Assembly (NCBI GenBank): GCA_963696385.1
Contig: CAVOKF010000003.1
Span: forward strand, 765,896-829,895
Direction: 5' to 3'
Source: an uncultured delta proteobacterium
GTDB lineage: Bacteria > Myxococcota_A > Polyangia > Polyangiales > Polyangiaceae
Length of the DNA: 64,000 nt
The notes beneath the pieces are model-generated. The model worked only from the letters and a program-made list of their open reading frames with translations, was not told the origin of the DNA and did no database searches. The translations under genes and the position numbers were made by a program. This document shows, piece by piece, positions 19,685 to 29,958 of this stretch. Numbering within the stretch: position 1 is the first letter of the stretch; each line of letters starts with the position of its first letter.

Positions 19685-20785
19685 CTACCGCTCCGGCCAA
19701 TCGCGTAGCGCGCCGACGACCTGCTCGACCTGGACCTGGGCGAGCTCCGGAAACATGGGCAACGACAACGTTTCGTTCGCAGCGCGCTCAGCATGCGGAA
19801 AATCACCGGGCTTGTGCCCGAGTTCGACGAAGCAACGTTGTAGGTGAACCGGGATGGGATAGTGAATGCCGGTCCCAATGCCGCGCTGCGTCAGGTACCC
19901 CTGCAGCGCATCGCGCCTCGAATGCCGGATCGCATAGACGTGGTAGACGGCGCGCAATTCGGTGGAGGATGAAGGGCCACGATACACGCTACCGCCCAAC
20001 AGCGCGTCGTATTGCGCAGCGTGCCGGCGCCGGGCCTCCGTCCAGTCTTCGATATACTTCATTTTTACGCCGAGGACGGCGCCCTGAATGCCTTCCATTC
20101 GATAGTTGAAGCCCTTGATGTCGTGATGGTACCTGCGCTCGCTGCCCCAGTCCCGCAACATTCTGAGCGTCTTCGCGTAACCCGAATCATGGGTCGTGAC
20201 GGCGCCGCCCTCGCCGTAAGCGCCCAGGTTCTTGCCGGGGTAGAAGCTGAAGCAGCCGAGCTCGCCCATGCTCCCGGCTCGCCGACCCCTGTATTCGGCG
20301 CCGTGCGCCTGCGCCGCGTCCTCGATCACCGGAATGCCGCGCCGGCGCGCCACGGCCAGAATGGGATCCATGTCGGCCGGCCGGCCGTGCAAGTGTACGG
20401 GCAGGATCGCCTTAGTCCGCGAAGTGATCGCCGCTTCGATTTTGGCAGGGTCAATCGTGAGCGTCTCGGGATCGATGTCGACGAAAACCGGTTTGGCCCC
20501 GGCATAGTCGATCGCAGACACAGTCGCGACGAACGTAAAGGGTGTCGTGATGACTTCATCCCCACGCCCCACGCCCACCGCAAGCAAGGCGAGGTGTAAG
20601 GCGCTCGTGCCGCTATTCACGGCAATCGCGTGCTCGGTCGAGCAGTAACTCGCGAAGGCCTTCTCGAACGAAGCCACCGCCGTTCCTAACACGAACTGCG
20701 TGCTTTCTAGGACACCGAGGACTGCGGCGTCAATTTCTTGCTTGATCGACAAATATTGGGTCTTCAGATCGACGAACGGGATCAC
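19685..20785 (-). CDS. DegT family aminotransferase (WbpE-like)
   Basis: IPFVDLK start (GTG 20785), NSGTSALHLAL, EDAAQAHGA, FSFYPGKNLGAYGEGG. Confidence 0.93.
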   Translation of the reverse strand: MIPFVDLKTQYLSIKQEIDAAVLGVLESTQFVLGTAVASFEKAFASYCSTEHAIAVNSGTSALHLALLAVGVGRGDEVITTPFTFVATVSAIDYAGAKPVFVDIDPETLTIDPAKIEAAITSRTKAILPVHLHGRPADMDPILAVARRRGIPVIEDAAQAHGAEYRGRRAGSMGELGCFSFYPGKNLGAYGEGGAVTTHDSGYAKTLRMLRDWGSERRYHHDIKGFNYRMEGIQGAVLGVKMKYIEDWTEARRRHAAQYDALLGGSVYRGPSSSTELRAVYHVYAIRHSRRDALQGYLTQRGIGTGIHYPIPVHLQRCFVELGHKPGDFPHAERAANETLSLPMFPELAQVQVEQVVGALRDWPER

Positions 20786-20798
20786 GTTGTTTTGCTCC

Positions 20799-21812
20799 TC
20801 ACCGGGTGAGCTGAACGGGTTGACCGTGTTGTGCGACTGACTTCGACGCAGCTTCGAGAATACGTACGACGCGCAGGCCCGCCTGGCCGTCTGTCGTTGG
20901 TCGCCGTCCGCTGCCGATGCAGTCGATGAAATGACGTGCTTCGACCTGCAGCGCTTCGACATTGTTCAAGTGCGGCGCCCACATGTCACCCGCACGGTAG
21001 CCGACCTTGAGCTGATAGACGCCCTCCGGCCCGCTGTTGATGGTGATGCCCTTGTCATAAATACGCAGTTTTTCACTGAGTTGCATATCATCCCATTCAA
21101 TCATCTTGTGGGATCCACCAATCATCGTGCGACGAATCTTGACGGGTGCGAGCCAGTTGACGTGAAAATGAGCGATCAAATTGTCGTCAAAAAAGCAGGT
21201 GAGGTACGCGAGGCTTTCGGGTTGCCCAGGAACGCTCGCAACGCCGGTCGCCGCGACCATCCTCGGCGGCTTTCCCAACACAAAGTCCATGATCGACAAG
21301 TCGTGGACCGCGAGGTCCCAAAGTACGTTCACATCGTGCTGAAAGAGACCGAGATTCACACGCACCGAATCATAATAAAAAAGCTGACCGAGGCTTCCTT
21401 GTTCGATGAGCTCTTTGATCTTTCGAACAACCGTCGTGTAAACGAAGGTGTGATCCACCATCAGGATCAGACGACGCTTCTCAGCTTCACCGATGAGCTG
21501 CGACGCTTGCTCGGAGGTCGTCGTGATGGGTTTCTCGATCAACACATGCTTGCCCGCCTCGAGCGTCGCCATTCCCAGCTCAAAATGCGACGACACGGGA
21601 GTGGCAATGGCGACCGCGTCGACACCCGAGTCTGCGAGCATCTCTCGTGCATCGGCGAACGTTTTCACGGCGGGATAATGTGCCTCCACCTGTGCGCGTC
21701 GCGCCGGCGACTGATCGCACACGCCGACGACCCGTGCGCCATCGGTCAAGTTGAAGTTGCGAACCAGGTTCGGACCCCAGTAGCCGTATCCAATTACGCC
21801 GATGCCTATCAT
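20799..21812 (-). CDS. Gfo/Idh/MocA oxidoreductase (WbpB-like sugar dehydrogenase)
   Basis: IGVIGYGYWGPNL, HVLIEKP, DLAVHD. Start MIGIG overlaps the upstream stop codon. Confidence 0.9.
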   Translation of the reverse strand: MIGIGVIGYGYWGPNLVRNFNLTDGARVVGVCDQSPARRAQVEAHYPAVKTFADAREMLADSGVDAVAIATPVSSHFELGMATLEAGKHVLIEKPITTTSEQASQLIGEAEKRRLILMVDHTFVYTTVVRKIKELIEQGSLGQLFYYDSVRVNLGLFQHDVNVLWDLAVHDLSIMDFVLGKPPRMVAATGVASVPGQPESLAYLTCFFDDNLIAHFHVNWLAPVKIRRTMIGGSHKMIEWDDMQLSEKLRIYDKGITINSGPEGVYQLKVGYRAGDMWAPHLNNVEALQVEARHFIDCIGSGRRPTTDGQAGLRVVRILEAASKSVAQHGQPVQLTR

Positions 21813-22390
21813 TGTCGCTTCTCCCTTTGCGCCTGAGACGCTTCCTGTTCCGAACGCGTCAGCGCCACCGCTTCCTCTTGCGAACTGCAACGCGTACCGT
21901 CTGCGCTGACCCAGCCGATCACGCGCCCCGGATTCCCAACCACAAGGGCGTGATCGGGAACGTCCTTGGTCACGACCGATCCCGATCCAATCATCGCCCA
22001 ACGCCCGATCGTAACGCCCGTCACCACGACAGCGCAGGCTCCAATCGCGGCGCCGTAGCGTACCCGCGTCGAACCGACGGTCCAGTCGGCCGGGCCTCTC
22101 AGCGATCCGTCCGGATTGATGCCTCGGGGCACCTTGTCGTTCGTGAATACGACATGGGGCCCCACAAACACGCCATCGTCCAGTTCGAGTCCGTTGTACA
22201 GAGACGCGTTGTTCTGGATCTTCACCTGGTTTCCGACAACCACGCCATACTCAACGTACACACCTTGCCCGACTATGCAGTTTCGTCCGATCCGAGCTTT
22301 TTCCCGAATCTGAGCATTGCGCCAGATGACCGTGCCATCGCCCACGTCTGCTTCTGGAGAGACCTGAGCGTCGGGGTGGATCTTGATCAT
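21809..22390 (-). CDS. Hexapeptide-repeat N-acetyltransferase (WbpD-like)
   Basis: Left-handed beta-helix repeats; KIQNNASLY, GPHVVFTND, VTKDVPDHALVVGNPGR. Confidence 0.9.
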   Translation of the reverse strand: MIKIHPDAQVSPEADVGDGTVIWRNAQIREKARIGRNCIVGQGVYVEYGVVVGNQVKIQNNASLYNGLELDDGVFVGPHVVFTNDKVPRGINPDGSLRGPADWTVGSTRVRYGAAIGACAVVVTGVTIGRWAMIGSGSVVTKDVPDHALVVGNPGRVIGWVSADGTRCSSQEEAVALTRSEQEASQAQREKRQ

Positions 22391-22654
22391 GAAATTGCCT
22401 CGGTGAGGGCGCGCGTCAGCGCCCGCGGAGCCCAAGCGCTACCGCATTTAGTGTTTGATACGACAGCCTCCTCATGTTGGCAACGTCTCTCAAGGTGCCT
22501 GAGATTTTTCATTTCCGAGCACCCTTCTTCGGAGAATGGCTCCCCTCTCGACGGACGACATACTCCTGACCGATTCCGCCGGTAGCCCCACGGCCCCGTG
22601 AGGCTGCGCCTGGCCATGGGCAGAGTCTGGGAATAGGTTATGGCCCCGCAAAAC

Positions 22655-22675
22655 GCTCCAATTAGCAATTGGAGC
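22655..22675. promoter_or_regulatory. Perfect 9-3-9 inverted repeat; candidate operator in a divergent promoter region
   Basis: GCTCCAATT-AGC-AATTGGAGC between the divergent genes at 22390 (-) and about 23045 (+). Confidence 0.45.
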
Positions 22676-23044
22676 TCGTCCCGAGTTCCAATGCTACGCT
22701 CGTCCCATCACGACCGTAAGCTAAATCGAGTTCCGACCGCAGGCGATCCAAAAAAATGATGCTTTCGGGCGGTAACAGACGCCGTGGGTTCGAGGGCGCG
22801 AATGTGGCCACCGCGGCGCTATCGTCATGTCAGCGACGCCTCCGGCAGCACGCCTCGCGCGAAGTTCGCGCGACTCGGGAGCACTATTGGCTTCTCGCAA
22901 TCGCGCAAAGCCGGGCCAAGCGCACTTCGGCACCAAGATGATTACCCTAAGTCCGGCGCGCTGCGCGACAACGGTGTGTTCCATCCGACTGCCGTCGGGG
23001 ATACGATCCGCTCTCGGCCGGAGCGGCGATTGGGAGAGTGTCTC

Positions 23045-24670
23045 ATGGATGGCGCCGGCAGGAAGAGGGAGACGCGCGTGAGTGCCCATGCTCGCGCCAT
23101 TGCAGCCAGTCTGGCTCTTCTCGGGTCCGACTGCGGGTCGGACGCGCCAGACACGGACCCGCAGGTGCACCCGTCCAGCGCGGCCGGTTCGTCTGCGACG
23201 ACCGACGCCGGGGTGACAGCCAGCGGCGGCCTCTCAAACGCCACGGGTTCGGACGGTTCGTCCTCTGCGCCGGGTCCCGGGTGCGGCCTCGAGGCGACCG
23301 CGTTCTGCGACACGTTCGATGCCCTCTCAACCACACGTGGCCGCGCCGGAGAGCTCGATCCACAGAAGTGGAGCGGGAGCCGTTTGGTCGTGCAGCTGCC
23401 GACGACCGGCGGCAATCCCTTCCCGATCATGCCCGCCGCGATCGACAACTGCCGATCGGGCCTTCTTCTCACCGCATTTCCGGACAACGACACGCTGATC
23501 TGCGACCCCAGCGCAACGGTGGCGAGTCCGCACTTGCTCGTCGCCGTGGCCGCGCAAAACTACGGAGAGAACTCTTACCGCATCCGGCAACCGTTCGATT
23601 TCGCCGGGCGGACCGGCACCATCGTCTTCGACGCCGAAGCTTTCAACCTTCCATTGTTGGGATGGATCTCGCTCGACGTAACCGCGGATCCGATCGCCGT
23701 TCCGTCGTTCGCCATCCGTTTCAACGACGAGGGTGCGGTGATTCCGCAGAATGCCTTCGAGGTGCAGCTGTCCAACTCGTGCGGCGCCGCCGCGACCACC
23801 GTTTCGCCCACAGGCAGCTTCACACTCGATTCTATTCAGGTGTTCCAGAACTATGTGGATACGGTCCTGTCGCCGGCGCAAGCTTCACCTTGCTTGCCAA
23901 CGCTCCAGGGAGCCCTCAATCATTTCGAGGTGCAGGTATCGCAGCAAAACATCGCCGTTTTCGCGACCCCTTTCTCACCGGATGGCGTGACGTTCGAAAC
24001 ACCCCAGCTTGTCTATAGCGTGGACGTCGACCTGCCGTTCACCCGCGGCTACGTTCATATCACCACGCACAATCATGCCACCCTCAAGTACAGTCCCGAT
24101 AACCAGCTTCAATCCTGGTCCGCGCACTGGGACAATGTCGGCTTCGATGGTCCGGTTATCGCGAATTGGCGCGAATACGAGGTTCCGGATTCGTTGGTTG
24201 CCTTTTCCGGTGCTCCATTCGGATTCAGCGCCCCCCCTCAGGGCTCGGTCGATGTAGGTTACGTGGTGGCAGACGCGACGCAGGGTCCCAACGCAAGTTT
24301 GCATTTTTCGGGTGTCGATCTCACGGGCGTGACCACTGCCCGCATTGCGCTGTCGAGCTGGTACGACATCAACGGCGGCACACCCTCTCAATTTTCTTTG
24401 CAGTATCGGCTAAACGGCGGAGCCTGGATCGATCGATCCCTGACGGCTGCCGAGCTGACGCTCACCATGGTTTCGCCCGGAGGCCCACAGATCATCCAAG
24501 GCACCACCACGTTCACGAGCCAGATGTGGGGCGCATTCGGCCAGATGCTGGAGGTCCCCGTTGCGGATCTCGTCGCCGGCGACAACACAATCGAATTCGT
24601 TACGGCGAACGTGCCCCAGTCGTACCCGCCGGCCGTTGCGAACGTCGATCTCATCCTCGGCATGCCGTGA
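23045..24670 (+). CDS. Secreted hypothetical (lipo)protein, beta-rich, possibly carbohydrate-binding
   Basis: Hydrophobic signal (AIAASLALLGSDC), Ser/Gly linker, FCDTFD followed by a beta-sandwich-like body; long ORF with coding-like composition. Confidence 0.65.
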   Translation: MDGAGRKRETRVSAHARAIAASLALLGSDCGSDAPDTDPQVHPSSAAGSSATTDAGVTASGGLSNATGSDGSSSAPGPGCGLEATAFCDTFDALSTTRGRAGELDPQKWSGSRLVVQLPTTGGNPFPIMPAAIDNCRSGLLLTAFPDNDTLICDPSATVASPHLLVAVAAQNYGENSYRIRQPFDFAGRTGTIVFDAEAFNLPLLGWISLDVTADPIAVPSFAIRFNDEGAVIPQNAFEVQLSNSCGAAATTVSPTGSFTLDSIQVFQNYVDTVLSPAQASPCLPTLQGALNHFEVQVSQQNIAVFATPFSPDGVTFETPQLVYSVDVDLPFTRGYVHITTHNHATLKYSPDNQLQSWSAHWDNVGFDGPVIANWREYEVPDSLVAFSGAPFGFSAPPQGSVDVGYVVADATQGPNASLHFSGVDLTGVTTARIALSSWYDINGGTPSQFSLQYRLNGGAWIDRSLTAAELTLTMVSPGGPQIIQGTTTFTSQMWGAFGQMLEVPVADLVAGDNTIEFVTANVPQSYPPAVANVDLILGMP

Positions 24671-24718
24671 TTCAGCGCGCTAAAACAAGAGCGGCACTCT
24701 CCAGCCGTGGCTCTTGGG

Positions 24719-25585
24719 TCAAGGGGTGGCGTACCCCTTATTCCCGAACAGCGATCTCACAAATCGGTAAGCGGAATAGGTGAACGGTGCCATCACGAAC
24801 GTTCGCTCGCGCATTCGCCCGAGCACCGTAGGTCGGTACCAGTTCTCGTAAAACATCATCTTGCCCTCGTTCACCTTAAACGGATCTCGACGCTGCACTT
24901 CGGACTGCTCTTGACCGAAGACCAATGCAATCATCGGACGCGGAAGAGCTGTGCGATTCGGCATTCCCCGGTGCCAAAGACTCGAGGTTCTCACGAGGAC
25001 GTCTCCTTGATTCATCGGGAGCCGCTTGCTGAAGCGCTGTGGCCTTTCCAAGGCGAAGCGCCAGTACTTGTAAAATTGTTTGTGAGTCCCGGGGACGACT
25101 TCAATGGCGCCATTCACCACGTCGGTGTCGACGACGGCAACGTTCACGACCATGAAGGCGTCGAGGTAGCTGCTGTCCACGTGGTAATGTTGTGCTACGC
25201 TGTCGGGGAGATTCAAGTTGCATCCGACGTTCGGAGTAACGAACGGGCGAGGGTATATTTCCTTCACCACGTCGACAATCCCGCGTTCGCAAACCGCCTC
25301 GTAGGCAAAGCGAGACTCTTCACCGGGAAAGCTGTTGAGGTGCCCGCTTATGCCACCTCCGCCGTCAATGAGACGGCCGGAACGTTTGGTGCGCTCGAAC
25401 TCCTCGACGATTCTCGTCCGAAGAAGCGCAAGCTTCTCTCTGGACACCACATTCTTGACGATGAAGTAACCGTCCTCGGCGTACGATCGCTTGAGGGCCT
25501 CGCGCTCGCTCGAAGACAGCGGCGGAAGGGCCGCCGCGCCCTCGCCTTCCGACGATGATGCCTGCGGATTGGTTGCTTGCGTCAT
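24719..25585 (-). CDS. Phytanoyl-CoA dioxygenase (PhyH) family Fe(II)/2OG oxygenase
   Basis: DGYFIVKNV, HVD (HxD), NGAIEVVPGTH, GDVLV...WHRG. Confidence 0.85.
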   Translation of the reverse strand: MTQATNPQASSSEGEGAAALPPLSSSEREALKRSYAEDGYFIVKNVVSREKLALLRTRIVEEFERTKRSGRLIDGGGGISGHLNSFPGEESRFAYEAVCERGIVDVVKEIYPRPFVTPNVGCNLNLPDSVAQHYHVDSSYLDAFMVVNVAVVDTDVVNGAIEVVPGTHKQFYKYWRFALERPQRFSKRLPMNQGDVLVRTSSLWHRGMPNRTALPRPMIALVFGQEQSEVQRRDPFKVNEGKMMFYENWYRPTVLGRMRERTFVMAPFTYSAYRFVRSLFGNKGYATP

Positions 25586-25739
25586 CGGACTCCCCATACC
25601 ATTCGGTGTACACACGCAACCCGATGCCCCATCGCACGCACCGATTCGAGAGCGTAACGAACATGGTGGACGTGCGCAAGGTGCGTTCGAACTCGCGGCG
25701 GTCGAACTAGGTTGGCGACGAACGTGGCCCGGGTCGATG

Positions 25740-26522
25740 TCACTTCGCCATTGTGGACAAGACGGGCAGGAGAATCTGGTTCAGCGCCGCGTTCAGCGCC
25801 GCGTAGCCGGGCGGCGAGATATGAAGGTAATCGACCTGATAGGCGCGCTGTATCTCGCCTCGTGGATCGGCCAACACCGCGTTCGCGTCGAAGAGGACGA
25901 CACCCTCTCGGACGAGGCTTGGCAGGAACGCGTTGACGTCCCGTACGGCGACGCGCACCTCAGGCGACCAAAAGGGTCTTCGCCAAAGCGCTACGTCGCC
26001 GATGCCGAAAACGTTCACGAGCACCACGTCCGCGCCGATTCGACGGCACTCGTCGACGATGCGCGCGAGGTTGACCTTGCAGTCCGCGACGATCTCGTCG
26101 CGTCGATCCGGGAATTCGGCAATTGTCTTGAGGTCGTTGACACCGGCCTCCACGACGACGACGTTGGGGCGTAGCGGAGCAAGGTCCTTGTCGAGGCGCA
26201 GCAGAATCTGAGCCGTGGTTTGGTAGCCTATACCCCTGTTCACGACGCGGTATCCGGACGGCATCGGCGGCGCGGGCCACATGGCCGCACGGGAGTCGCC
26301 GAAGAGCACCAGCAGTGGCCCGTTGCCGCGAGGCTTCGGGCGCTCGGTCGCGTATACTTTCAGTCCGGCCGGGTCGAGCCGAACGGCGTTTGTCTCTTCC
26401 ACGTATCGGCGCGCCGTGTGAACGAGAACCGCATTGACACCGAGGGACGTCAGCAGGAGCGCGCCGAGAATCGCAATGAACGTCGGCGTTCGAACCGCCA
26501 ACTTCGATCGGTCTGCCGTCAA
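25740..26522 (-). CDS. SGNH/GDSL hydrolase with N-terminal membrane anchor
   Basis: FGDS, NRGIG, GVND, DYLH blocks. Confidence 0.88.
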   Translation of the reverse strand: MTADRSKLAVRTPTFIAILGALLLTSLGVNAVLVHTARRYVEETNAVRLDPAGLKVYATERPKPRGNGPLLVLFGDSRAAMWPAPPMPSGYRVVNRGIGYQTTAQILLRLDKDLAPLRPNVVVVEAGVNDLKTIAEFPDRRDEIVADCKVNLARIVDECRRIGADVVLVNVFGIGDVALWRRPFWSPEVRVAVRDVNAFLPSLVREGVVLFDANAVLADPRGEIQRAYQVDYLHISPPGYAALNAALNQILLPVLSTMAK

Positions 26523-27769
26523 GGCTTTTCTCGCTCCTCACGCGTCGTGCGAACCCACTCACGCTCTTGCGCCGACGACAAGCGCCTGGCCAGTGCCAAC
26601 TTCCAAACGAGATAAACCGGCACCCAGAGCAAATCCAGTATGCCTCGTATGCCTGTGCCCGACAGCCACACGCCTCGAATGACGTAGACGGCGAGTCCAG
26701 CCAATGCGACACACCACGGAGCGAACGACCACCACGTGCCATGACCCAGCGCAACCCATACAGCAGACGCGCCGGCTCCGCTGACTGCAGCCAGCGCAAC
26801 GTAGGTCAATGGCGGAATGAGCAGATCGGCAGCCAAATCCAGCAACACCAAACTTCGCCGGCGTAACGCTTCGCCGAGCAGCTGCCGTGCCTGCCGGCGT
26901 GCGAGCGCCCACCTTCCGCCCTCCCAGCGCTGCCTTTGGCTGCGCGATCCCCGCTCCGAGGAGACCATCTCACCAAGCACGTGGGCTTCTCCGGCATACT
27001 GAACCCGATGTCCGGCGAGGCCGAGCCGTATCCCATACTCGACATCCTCAACCAGAGAAAATGCGTCATACGGGACCTCGTGCAGGGTGGCGAGGGGGAA
27101 TGCCATGCCGTTGCCTCGAAGGCCCGCTGAAGCACCCAACCGCTCGCGAGCGCGCGAACGCACGTCGTGAAACAGGGTGAACGCGATGTGCATCAACCGA
27201 GTTCTCCAGGATGCTTGGCGATTTGCGACCGCGTACTGTACCTGAACCGCGCGCGCGCCAGCCTGCAGGCGCGCATCCAACACCCGAAGGAGATTCGACC
27301 CGACGGTCGTGTCCGCGTCGACAACGACGACTGCGTCGGCGCGTCCTTCGCGCAGCACGCGCTCGAATGCATGCGCGAGTGCATAGCCCTTTCCCCGACG
27401 GGCCGGGTCATTGCGCTCGACGACGACGGCACCTGCCTCGGTTGCGCGGATCACCGTCCGGTCGGTGCAATTGTCCGCCACCACCACGACTCGCCGGAGC
27501 TCCTGAGGGTATTCCGCAGCCAGGAGACTCGCCACCGTTGCCGAAATGCCACGCTCTTCGTCGTGAGCCGGCACGATGACCTCGAACCGAATCCGAGGGG
27601 CTCCTGTCGATTGGGAAGTCGGATTGGCTCGAGACAGCAGCGCAAGCAACGCGAGATACGCAGTCCAGCAAAGGACCGGCAGCGAACAGACGGCGAGTGC
27701 AACACTCACGATCACGAGCTGCCCCGCCTCGCGAGGCAACGATCGCGACGCGCGCCATCTGTGCAACAC
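26519..27769 (-). CDS. Membrane glycosyltransferase family 2
   Basis: IVPAHDEE, VADNCTD, DAD, ED, QRQRW; flanking TM segments. Confidence 0.9.
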   Translation of the reverse strand: MLHRWRASRSLPREAGQLVIVSVALAVCSLPVLCWTAYLALLALLSRANPTSQSTGAPRIRFEVIVPAHDEERGISATVASLLAAEYPQELRRVVVVADNCTDRTVIRATEAGAVVVERNDPARRGKGYALAHAFERVLREGRADAVVVVDADTTVGSNLLRVLDARLQAGARAVQVQYAVANRQASWRTRLMHIAFTLFHDVRSRARERLGASAGLRGNGMAFPLATLHEVPYDAFSLVEDVEYGIRLGLAGHRVQYAGEAHVLGEMVSSERGSRSQRQRWEGGRWALARRQARQLLGEALRRRSLVLLDLAADLLIPPLTYVALAAVSGAGASAVWVALGHGTWWSFAPWCVALAGLAVYVIRGVWLSGTGIRGILDLLWVPVYLVWKLALARRLSSAQEREWVRTTREEREKP

Positions 27770-27795
27770 CCCATGGTCAACGCCCTAGGACGCCG

Positions 27796-28737
27796 TCAGC
27801 CCGCGAGCAATCGCCTGAAGTAGGCGATCGTCTCCTTCAGGCCATCTTCGAGCGCGACCTTGGGGACCCAGTTCAGCCGTGAGGTGGCAAGCGCAATGTC
27901 CGGCTTGCGCTGGCGGGGATCATCCGCCGGCAACGGCTTGCTCGCCAGCCGCGATTTGGAACCGGTCAGCTGCAAGACTCGTTCTGCGAGTTCGCGCATC
28001 GTGAACTCGCCCGGATTTCCAAGGTTGACGGGACCATAGAAACCACTTTCGGAATCCATCATCCGGATCATGCCATCGATCAGATCGTCTACATAACAAA
28101 ACGAGCGAGTCTGATGACCGTCCCCGTAGATGGTAATGTCTTCGCCGCGCAGCGCTTGTACGATAAAATTGCTGACAACGCGGCCGTCGTTCGGATGCAT
28201 GCGCGGACCGTACGTATTGAAAATACGAATGACCTTTATTTCAAGGCCGTGCTGTCGCTGATAATCAAAAAACAACGTCTCGGCGCACCGCTTGCCCTCG
28301 TCGTAGCAGCTACGTTGACCCACGCAATTGACGCGGCCCCAGTACGTCTCTGGCTGCGGATGTACTTCGGGGTCCCCGTACACCTCCGAAGTCGAAGCTT
28401 GTAAAATTCTGGCCTTTACCCGCTTGGCTAAGCCGAGCATGTTGATGGCGCCGTGCACGCTCGTCTTGGTCGTTTGAACGGGATCGAATTGATAGTGAAT
28501 GGGAGACGCGGGACACGCGAGATTGAAGATGCGTTCCACTTCGACATAAAGGGGGAACGTCACGTCGTGACGCATCAATTCGAACATCGGAGAGCGAATC
28601 AGGTGCTCGACATTGCGCTTCGAGCCCGTGAAAAAATTGTCGACGCAGAGGACGTCGTGACCGATTGCGATTAGCCTCTCGCATAGGTGAGACCCCAAGA
28701 AGCCCGCTCCACCGGTCACTAGGATCTTTCTATCCAT
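27796..28737 (-). CDS. UDP-glucuronate decarboxylase (UDP-xylose synthase)
   Basis: [50 protein letters not shown]. Confidence 0.93.
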   Translation of the reverse strand: MDRKILVTGGAGFLGSHLCERLIAIGHDVLCVDNFFTGSKRNVEHLIRSPMFELMRHDVTFPLYVEVERIFNLACPASPIHYQFDPVQTTKTSVHGAINMLGLAKRVKARILQASTSEVYGDPEVHPQPETYWGRVNCVGQRSCYDEGKRCAETLFFDYQRQHGLEIKVIRIFNTYGPRMHPNDGRVVSNFIVQALRGEDITIYGDGHQTRSFCYVDDLIDGMIRMMDSESGFYGPVNLGNPGEFTMRELAERVLQLTGSKSRLASKPLPADDPRQRKPDIALATSRLNWVPKVALEDGLKETIAYFRRLLAG

Positions 28738-28908
28738 GCACCCTAACCTCTCCGAGACCAAGGAGTCTAGCGGACCGTCGGTACAGATGGCACTCAAAAC
28801 ACGCGGGCAGGCAAAGTCCGCCGAAGACCGCAGCGGCGCTGCCGTTTGGCGATTACCGCCGCTTTGCGCTCGCGTTCACTGGACCGACCCGACGAAAGTG
28901 CACGTCTC

Positions 28909-29952
28909 ATGAAGACGTTGCTCCGCAGCTTCGCGGTGTTCTCGGCGATCGCCTATCCGACAGCGCTCCTCGGAGTGGTCTTGGCGTTCCGATTTGTTGG
29001 GGAGCGCTGGTGGCTCACCGGTGCGGCACTCTATCTTCCGCGACTCGGATTCGCCGTGCCTTTGCCCTTCGTGGTCATTGCTCTCGTTCGCTATCGCATG
29101 CGATTGCTCCTTCTCGCGCAGCTCGCCGCGGGCGGCTTGGTTCTTTTTCCGCTCATGGGACTCGTGCTACCCAGCGCTCGCTCGCCCGCCGGCAGCGGAC
29201 CGAGGATGCGCGTGCTCAGCCTCAATGCCAACTCCGGATACTCGGGCACACGGGCTTTGCTCGAGGCCGTCGACCATTACTCCCCAGACCTTCTCGTCAT
29301 GCAGGAGCTCGCCATCGGCGCGGACGATCCACTCATCCGAGAGCTCCAAGCTCGCTACGCGGCCGTGAATGCGACAGGACAATTCGTCGTCGCAAGCCGG
29401 TTTCCCCTGTCCAGCATTCAGGAGCCCCAAAAATTCCTTTACGGCAATCAGATGCACTCGCCCCGATACATGCGCTACGTCAGCGAGACGCCTCTCGGCA
29501 GGGTAGCAATTTACAATATCCATCCGGTCTCGCCCCGACAAGGCTTTTACCGAATCCGGGGCGCCGGGCTTCGCAATGAAATCGCCTCGGGACGATTGTT
29601 CGAAGGCGCAGCCGGCCCGGATGTTCAAGCCAACAGCGAGCTTCGAAAGGGCGAGCTTGACGTTCTCGCGGCGAGCACCCGCGCCGAAACGCTGCCCGTT
29701 CTCATCGTCGGCGACACGAACCTGCCGGCGTTGAGCCCGTTGCTGGCGCAGTTCAACGACAGGTACCAAGACGGATTTCGCGAGGCAGGTTGGGGATTCG
29801 GTTACACCTTCCCGTCCAAACGCCCATGGATGCGCATCGATCGGATGTTCGCGGACTCAGCGCTGCGTTTCGAAGATTTCGAGGTCGGCTGCGCGGAGAC
29901 TTCGGACCACCTTTGCATCGTTGCGGATGTGAGCGCGCGCTCGTCGCGCTAG
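28909..29952 (+). CDS. Endonuclease/exonuclease/phosphatase (EEP) family protein with N-terminal TM segments
   Basis: LSLN, LVMQE, IVGDTN, RIDRMF, SDH motifs. Confidence 0.85.
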   Translation: MKTLLRSFAVFSAIAYPTALLGVVLAFRFVGERWWLTGAALYLPRLGFAVPLPFVVIALVRYRMRLLLLAQLAAGGLVLFPLMGLVLPSARSPAGSGPRMRVLSLNANSGYSGTRALLEAVDHYSPDLLVMQELAIGADDPLIRELQARYAAVNATGQFVVASRFPLSSIQEPQKFLYGNQMHSPRYMRYVSETPLGRVAIYNIHPVSPRQGFYRIRGAGLRNEIASGRLFEGAAGPDVQANSELRKGELDVLAASTRAETLPVLIVGDTNLPALSPLLAQFNDRYQDGFREAGWGFGYTFPSKRPWMRIDRMFADSALRFEDFEVGCAETSDHLCIVADVSARSSR

Positions 29953-29958
29953 CTATAG

